Shown: positions 58,757 to 64,000 of the stretch, one piece after another
Numbering within the stretch: the first letter of the stretch is position 1
How the letters are laid out: each line of letters starts with the position of its first letter
Assembly (NCBI GenBank): GCA_036679645.1
Contig: JAZDCY010000056.1
Span: forward strand, 64,001 to 128,000
From: Gemmatimonadota bacterium
GTDB taxonomy: Bacteria; Gemmatimonadota; Gemmatimonadetes; Gemmatimonadales; GWC2-71-9
Direction of reading: 5' to 3'
Length of the DNA stretch: 64,000 nucleotides
The notes under the pieces: generated by a model
What the model was told of the DNA's origin: nothing
Seen by the model: only the letters and a program-made list of their open reading frames with translations
Database searches by the model: none
Made by a program: the position numbers and the translations under genes

Positions 58757-60481
58757 ATGGACCAGTTCGAGAGCATTGTCGATTTCCTGAGCGACATCGT
58801 CTGGAGCTTGGGTATACCTGCCGGCGCCGAGGTGATCCCGATCGTCGTGATCGCCCTGATGGGCACGGGTATCTACCTCACGCTCAGACTCGGGTTCATC
58901 CAACTGCGTCATCTGGGGCATGGCTTTGGCGTCACGTCGGGCAAGTACGATGACCCCAACGAGCCGGGCGACGTATCGCACTTTCAGGCCCTCACCACGG
59001 CGCTCTCTGCAACGGTCGGGATCGGGAACATCGCCGGTGTCGCCATCGCGATTCACTGGGGCGGTCCGGGTGCGCTGTTCTGGATGTGGATGACCGCGTT
59101 CCTCGGGATGGCCACCAAGTACTCCGAGGTCACTCTCGCCCAGCACTTCCGCAAGGTCGAGACCGATGGCGGACGGAGGCAGGGTACGGTATCAGGCGGC
59201 CCCATGTACTACATCGAGCGCGGCCTGGGCACGCACTGGAAACCGCTCGCGGTGTTCTTCGCGGTGATGCTCGGCTTCACGGCGTTCCTGACCGGCAACG
59301 CCGTGCAGGCCAACACCGTGGCAGATACGATGAACACCGAATTCGGCATCCCGGCGTGGGTCACCGGGCTGATCACCGCGGGTGTCGTGTCCATGGTCAT
59401 CATTGGTGGGATCAGCCGTATTGGGAAAGTGACCGCTGTCGTCGCTCCGCTGATGGCGGCCGTCTACGTTACCGGCGCGCTCGCGATCATCGCGCTGCAC
59501 GCAGATCAGGTCATTCCGACGCTTGGCCTGATCTTCCGCGAAGCGTTCAACCCCACGGCAGGCGTTGCGGGCACCGGTGTCGGCGCGGTCCTGGTCACCC
59601 TCATGTGGGGAGTACGACGAGGCCTGTTCTCCAACGAAGCGGGCCAGGGGTCCGCGCCCATTGCGCACGCGGCCGCCAAGACCGATGAGCCCGTGTCCGA
59701 GGGCGTCGTGGCGCTGCTCGAGCCGTTCATCGACACGATCGTGATCTGTTCGATGACCGGCCTCGTGATCATCATGACCGGCGTGTGGAACGAAGCGGTG
59801 CCGACCGAACTGGTGCTCGACGGCGGCGATGAGTCGTTTGTCGAGGCCAGCGCGAACGGCCGGCACCTCGAGGTGGACGTAGCGACACCCATTCAGGTCG
59901 CCGATGGTCGCCAGTCGGGTGATGTGCGGTTCGCGTGGCACGAGGTCGAGGTGGAGCGCCTCTACATCGACTCGTCCATGACCCAGACGTTCACGGGTGT
60001 GATCCAACCGGAAACCGGCATCGCCGTCGACGCGGGGGGTCAGGAATACATGGCACTCTGGGGTGGCGCGGTGGAGAGCGGCGCGCCGCTCACGATGCTC
60101 GGATTCCAGCGCGGGCTGGGGACCGCAGGTCGCTTCATCGTGCTCATCAGCGTGCTGCTGTTCGCCATCTCGACCGCCATCTCGTGGAGCTACTACGGAG
60201 ACCGGTGCGCCAACTATCTCTTTGGCGCGGGCGCGATTCTGCCTTACAAGATGGTCTTCGTCGGCATGCACTTCTTTGGTGCGGTGATCTCGCTCAACGT
60301 GATCTGGACGCTGGGGGATGTAGCACTGGGCATCGTGATCTTGCCAAACCTGCTGGCGCTCGTGCTCCTCTTCCCGAAAATCAAGGAGCTCACCAACAGC
60401 TACTTCCAGCGGAAACCGTGGTTGGAAAACCTCGAAGTGCACAAGAAGATCGTCGCAGCAAGAAAGAAAGGCGGCTCCTAA
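58757..60481 (+). CDS. Alanine/glycine:cation symporter (AGCS) with extracytoplasmic insertion
   Basis: ATVGIGNIAGV, GGPGALFWMW, GGPMYYI, RGLFSNEAGQGSA, FIDTIVIC, WSYYG, PNL. Confidence 0.93.
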   Translation: MDQFESIVDFLSDIVWSLGIPAGAEVIPIVVIALMGTGIYLTLRLGFIQLRHLGHGFGVTSGKYDDPNEPGDVSHFQALTTALSATVGIGNIAGVAIAIHWGGPGALFWMWMTAFLGMATKYSEVTLAQHFRKVETDGGRRQGTVSGGPMYYIERGLGTHWKPLAVFFAVMLGFTAFLTGNAVQANTVADTMNTEFGIPAWVTGLITAGVVSMVIIGGISRIGKVTAVVAPLMAAVYVTGALAIIALHADQVIPTLGLIFREAFNPTAGVAGTGVGAVLVTLMWGVRRGLFSNEAGQGSAPIAHAAAKTDEPVSEGVVALLEPFIDTIVICSMTGLVIIMTGVWNEAVPTELVLDGGDESFVEASANGRHLEVDVATPIQVADGRQSGDVRFAWHEVEVERLYIDSSMTQTFTGVIQPETGIAVDAGGQEYMALWGGAVESGAPLTMLGFQRGLGTAGRFIVLISVLLFAISTAISWSYYGDRCANYLFGAGAILPYKMVFVGMHFFGAVISLNVIWTLGDVALGIVILPNLLALVLLFPKIKELTNSYFQRKPWLENLEVHKKIVAARKKGGS

Positions 60482-60545
60482 CCCCCTTCCTTCCGCAATC
60501 GGGCTCCGCGTCACATCTTAGGCTGTCCCCGCCAGGGAGTCTTCG

Positions 60546-61664
60546 ATGGAGCGTCGCGATTTCTTTCGTGCCGGGTTGGCGGCTAGCTTCGCCAGCCTCG
60601 GCGGCCCCGCCTCGGCCCTCGCGCTCGACCCGGTCGCAGCGCGCCGCCTCGGCCCGCTGCGTCTGAATTTCAACGAGAACGCGCTCGGCCTCTCAATGGC
60701 CGCTCGACGGGCCGTGATCGACGGTATCATGGAGGGCAATCGGTACCCCCACTCGGCCACGACCCCTCTCCTCGCGGCGCTTGCGCTGAAACACGACGTC
60801 CCGCCAGAGAGCATCGTGTTCGGAAACGGGTCCACTGAGATCCTGCGAATCGCGGTGAGCGCCCTTGGCGGTGCGGACGCAACCATCGTCCTCGCCGATC
60901 CCACGTTCGAGGACGTCCCTGGCTACTCCACGCCCTTTGGGCCTCGTCTGGAACGCATTCCGCTCGCGGGCGACTTCGCCCACGACATTCCCGCGATGCG
61001 CACACGAGCGGAAGCGGCCGACGGACCGGTATTGGTGTACATATGCAATCCGAACAATCCAACAGCTACGCTGACCGACTGCGACTCCATCGACGAGTGG
61101 ATAGCACACGCACAGGACAACGTATACTTCCTCATTGACGAGGCGTACTTCGAGTACGTTAACAGCAGTCACTATCGCACGTCGGTGAAGTGGGTGGCGG
61201 ACAAGCGCAACGTACTGGTCGTGCGCACCTTCTCGAAGATCTACGCGATGGCCGGTATGCGCGTGGGGTACGGCATGGCACACCCGGAGACGGCTGCGAA
61301 ACTCCGGGCCTACGTGACGCGGAACACACCGAATCACCTTGCCGGTGCCGCCGCTCTGGCCTCACTACAAGACGAGCACATGGTCCCACGCAGCCTCGAG
61401 AACAACCGGCGCTGTATGGAAATCGTCTTGGGTACGTTCGACGAACTCGGTATCGAGTACATACCGAGCCAGGCGAACTTCATGATGCACCGCGTGAGCG
61501 GTGATCTCGCGACGTACATCGAGCGCATGCTGGAACACGGCGTTCGCGTGGGCCGTCAGTTCCCGCCGATGCTCGGCTACAACCGACTCTCGATGGGATT
61601 GCCGGAAGAGATGGAAACGTTTGTGGACGTCTTGCGGACGTTCAGGGAGAGAGGATGGGCGTGA
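60546..61664 (+). CDS. Tat-exported class I/II PLP aminotransferase (HisC-like)
   Basis: Tat motif ERRDFF; NENALG, NRYP, GNGSTE, CNPNNPT, DEAY, RTFSKIYAMAGMRVGY. Confidence 0.88.
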   Translation: MERRDFFRAGLAASFASLGGPASALALDPVAARRLGPLRLNFNENALGLSMAARRAVIDGIMEGNRYPHSATTPLLAALALKHDVPPESIVFGNGSTEILRIAVSALGGADATIVLADPTFEDVPGYSTPFGPRLERIPLAGDFAHDIPAMRTRAEAADGPVLVYICNPNNPTATLTDCDSIDEWIAHAQDNVYFLIDEAYFEYVNSSHYRTSVKWVADKRNVLVVRTFSKIYAMAGMRVGYGMAHPETAAKLRAYVTRNTPNHLAGAAALASLQDEHMVPRSLENNRRCMEIVLGTFDELGIEYIPSQANFMMHRVSGDLATYIERMLEHGVRVGRQFPPMLGYNRLSMGLPEEMETFVDVLRTFRERGWA

Positions 61665-61665
61665 G

Positions 61666-61740
61666 GATTACAGATTACAGATTGGAGATTGGAGATTGGA
61701 ATCGCCAATCTCTAATCGCCAATCGCTAATCTATAATCGA
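61666..61740. repeat. Inverted heptamer tandem repeats
   Basis: (GATTACA)2(GATTGGA)3 followed by ~6 complementary AATC-NNN units; predicted long imperfect hairpin. Confidence 0.85.
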
Positions 61741-61741
61741 T

Positions 61742-64000
61742 ATGAGTGACATCACTGAGCGACTCACGGTCGCCATTGCCGACCGCTACAAGATCGAGTC
61801 CCACCTCGGCCAGGGTGGGATGGCGACCGTCTACCTGGCGCACGACGTCAAGCACGACCGCAAGGTCGCGCTCAAAGTATTGCGCCCCGAGTTGGCCGCC
61901 GTGATCGGCGCCGAGCGGTTCCTGCAGGAGATCAAGGTCACCGCCAACCTGCAGCACCCCAACATCCTGGCGCTCTACGATTCCGGCGAGGCGGACACGT
62001 TCCTCTACTACGTCATGCCCTATATCGAGGGCGAGTCGTTACGCGACAAACTCGAGCGTGAGAAGCAGCTCGCCATCGAAGATGCCATCGAGATCACCCG
62101 TGGTGTCGCCGCAGCGTTGGACTACGCCCATCGGCAGGGCGTGATCCATCGGGACATCAAGCCAGAGAACATCCTGCTGCATGATGGCCGACCCGTGGTC
62201 GCGGATTTTGGCATAGCGTTGGCGGTGAGCGCGGCGGCGGGCGGCCGGATGACGGAAACGGGGCTCTCGCTCGGCACGCCGCATTACATGAGTCCCGAGC
62301 AGGCCACGGCGGAGAAGGACATCACGAACCGGTCGGATGTCTACTCGTTGGGGTGTGTGCTGTACGAGATGCTGGCAGGCGATCCGCCCTACACGGGAAG
62401 CACCGCGCAGGCGATCGTGGCGAAGGTGATCACGGAAAAGGCGGCGCCCGTGACCGCCATCCGCGATACGGTGCCGCCGCACGTCGCCGCCGTGGTGCAG
62501 AAAGCGCTCAGCAAGCTCCCAGCGGATCGTTTCTCGACCGCGGCGACGCTCGCCGAGGCGCTCGTACGTCCCTCTCTGCTGGATGCCGACCGCCTATCGG
62601 TGACCGTGAGCGCGGGCGAGCCGTCGCGGCAGCGAATGCCTCGCGCGGTCTGGCTGCTCGCAGCCGCGCTCGTCGTCATGACGGCCGTGACCGGATGGGC
62701 GTTGTTGCGATCGCCTGAGTTACCGGTGGTGCGCCTCACGATTGGGATCCCGCAAGAACAGCAGCGCATTCTATATGGCGGCATCAACCTCACCCCCCCG
62801 CGGGTCGCACTGACACCGGATGGATCGAGTCTCATCTACGTGGGCGTGGAAGAGAACTACACGGGTGTGGCCGTGTCCGGCTCCAGGACCCTGAGTGTGC
62901 GGTCGCAGCTCTGGTTCCGGCCGCTCGATGAATTGGAGGCGCGACCCATGCCGGGCACGCAAAACGGGTGGGCACCGGAGGTGTCACCGGACGGGGAGGA
63001 GTTCGTCTTCACCGTGTTCGGCGAGGGCCAGGCGCAGGTCAAGATCGCGGCGTTCTCCGGCGGTCCTCCATTGACGGTGGCGGCATCCGGTGTCGGTTCG
63101 TCAGCGTCCTGGGGGACTGATGGCCACGTCTACTTCGTGGATGAGTCTGGAGTCGGCGTGCGGCGCGTGCCTCTCGGCGGAGGACCGGTCGAAGTCGTAA
63201 CCACACTTGCTCCATTCCCCGATGGTGCCCGGCTCATGTGGCCCCACGTCCTCCCGGGGGCCCGAGGAGCCATCGCGACCGTCGGAACTCAGGCCCAATC
63301 TCGCCTGGCGAGTCACGAGCTTCATGCCATCGACTTCGCCTCCGGCACGTCGACTCCGCTCGTGGTTGGCGTGTACGGGATATACAGCCCTTCCGGGCAC
63401 ATTGTCTACGTAACGGCCGACGGGGTGTTGATGGCTGTGCCGTTTGACGTCGACGGGTTGCGCACGACAGGTCGGCCCACGGCGCTTGTGCAAGGAGTGG
63501 ACTACCGCAACAACGGGGCGAGTGACATCACAATCTCGAGCACGGGGACGCTGATCTACGCCACGGAAGGACTCAATGCTCCGGAGATCGCCGTCTGGGT
63601 CGATCGGACCGGGCGCGTCGAGCCCGTCGATCCTGGGTGGGCTGGTGAGCTCGAGTTCGAGGGCCTGGCGCTTTCCCCCGATGGATCCCGCTTGGCGGTC
63701 GAACTCGTCGCGGGCGGGCGCGGCGACATCTGGATCAAGCAACTCGACCGCGGGCCCCTATCGCGCCTCAGCTTCGAAGGCACGGACAATCGCACGCCGG
63801 CGTGGAGCCCCGATGGGCTGTCGGTATTGTACCTGTCTCTCGTCGAAGAGGGCGGGTGGGAGCTGCTCATGAGACGGTCCGACGGCAGTGGCGAGGCCGA
63901 GCGGCTGCCCTCACCCCAGGGCAGGGTTCGCGAGGCAGTGTGGACGCCCGACGGGACTTCCCTGGTTGCGGCCGTATCGGGCCCGACCGGCGACGATGTG
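61742..64000 (+). CDS. Hanks Ser/Thr kinase with TM and TolB/PD40-like beta-propeller (truncated by window end)
   Basis: Translated by eye: MSDITERLTVAIADRYKIESHLGQGGMATVY, VALK, HRDIKPEN, DFG, GTPHYMSPE; later SPDG repeats. Absent from the ORF track because no stop lies in the window. Confidence 0.9.
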   Translation, partial: MSDITERLTVAIADRYKIESHLGQGGMATVYLAHDVKHDRKVALKVLRPELAAVIGAERFLQEIKVTANLQHPNILALYDSGEADTFLYYVMPYIEGESLRDKLEREKQLAIEDAIEITRGVAAALDYAHRQGVIHRDIKPENILLHDGRPVVADFGIALAVSAAAGGRMTETGLSLGTPHYMSPEQATAEKDITNRSDVYSLGCVLYEMLAGDPPYTGSTAQAIVAKVITEKAAPVTAIRDTVPPHVAAVVQKALSKLPADRFSTAATLAEALVRPSLLDADRLSVTVSAGEPSRQRMPRAVWLLAAALVVMTAVTGWALLRSPELPVVRLTIGIPQEQQRILYGGINLTPPRVALTPDGSSLIYVGVEENYTGVAVSGSRTLSVRSQLWFRPLDELEARPMPGTQNGWAPEVSPDGEEFVFTVFGEGQAQVKIAAFSGGPPLTVAASGVGSSASWGTDGHVYFVDESGVGVRRVPLGGGPVEVVTTLAPFPDGARLMWPHVLPGARGAIATVGTQAQSRLASHELHAIDFASGTSTPLVVGVYGIYSPSGHIVYVTADGVLMAVPFDVDGLRTTGRPTALVQGVDYRNNGASDITISSTGTLIYATEGLNAPEIAVWVDRTGRVEPVDPGWAGELEFEGLALSPDGSRLAVELVAGGRGDIWIKQLDRGPLSRLSFEGTDNRTPAWSPDGLSVLYLSLVEEGGWELLMRRSDGSGEAERLPSPQGRVREAVWTPDGTSLVAAVSGPTGDDV

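Noticed and set aside
57048..58790. 580-aa plus-strand ORF and other long antisense ORFs (e.g. 10431-11714, 59192-60514, 44222-45358)
   Set aside because: They lie antisense to well-supported genes, have no motifs, and are expected from high-GC codon bias.

Overview
High-GC bacterial chromosomal window. Gene content and style suggest Gemmatimonadota (inference: abundant Hanks kinases of the 'ADRYKIE..LG.GGMATVYLA' type, VPS10/BNR hydrolase, Tat-exported aminotransferase). The left third is mostly housekeeping and signalling: hexapeptide acyltransferase, hybrid histidine kinase, a PilB/GspE ATPase with a C-terminal receiver domain, trpE, FHA-GAF-adenylate cyclase, maf, dtd, glmS, glmM, REC-HD-GYP, trans-sulfuration enzyme, M48 protease, purD, mutM, an ATP-grasp ligase plus zinc-ribbon metallopeptidase pair, and a UvrC-like nuclease. 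The middle has a type IV minor-pilin cluster, an IS200/RAYT-type Y1 transposase between ~43-bp inverted double-hairpin repeats, and an ECF sigma/anti-sigma operon with an exact TGAAAC-N16-CGTA promoter. The most striking region is ~42.4-56.2 kb. It carries a predicted exported metallophosphoesterase, two predicted exported proteins with atypical kinase-like motifs (one fused to an Omp85-type barrel), a second Omp85-type barrel, a membrane Ser/Thr kinase, a DegP protease and two NTT/TLC-family (ATP/ADP translocase-like) transporters. I hypothesise an ATP-supplied extracytoplasmic phosphorylation/dephosphorylation system. Four genes show abrupt internal deletions (three frameshifting), which may be assembly artefacts. 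No rRNA, tRNA or CRISPR array was seen. All family assignments come from motif reading by eye, not from database searches.
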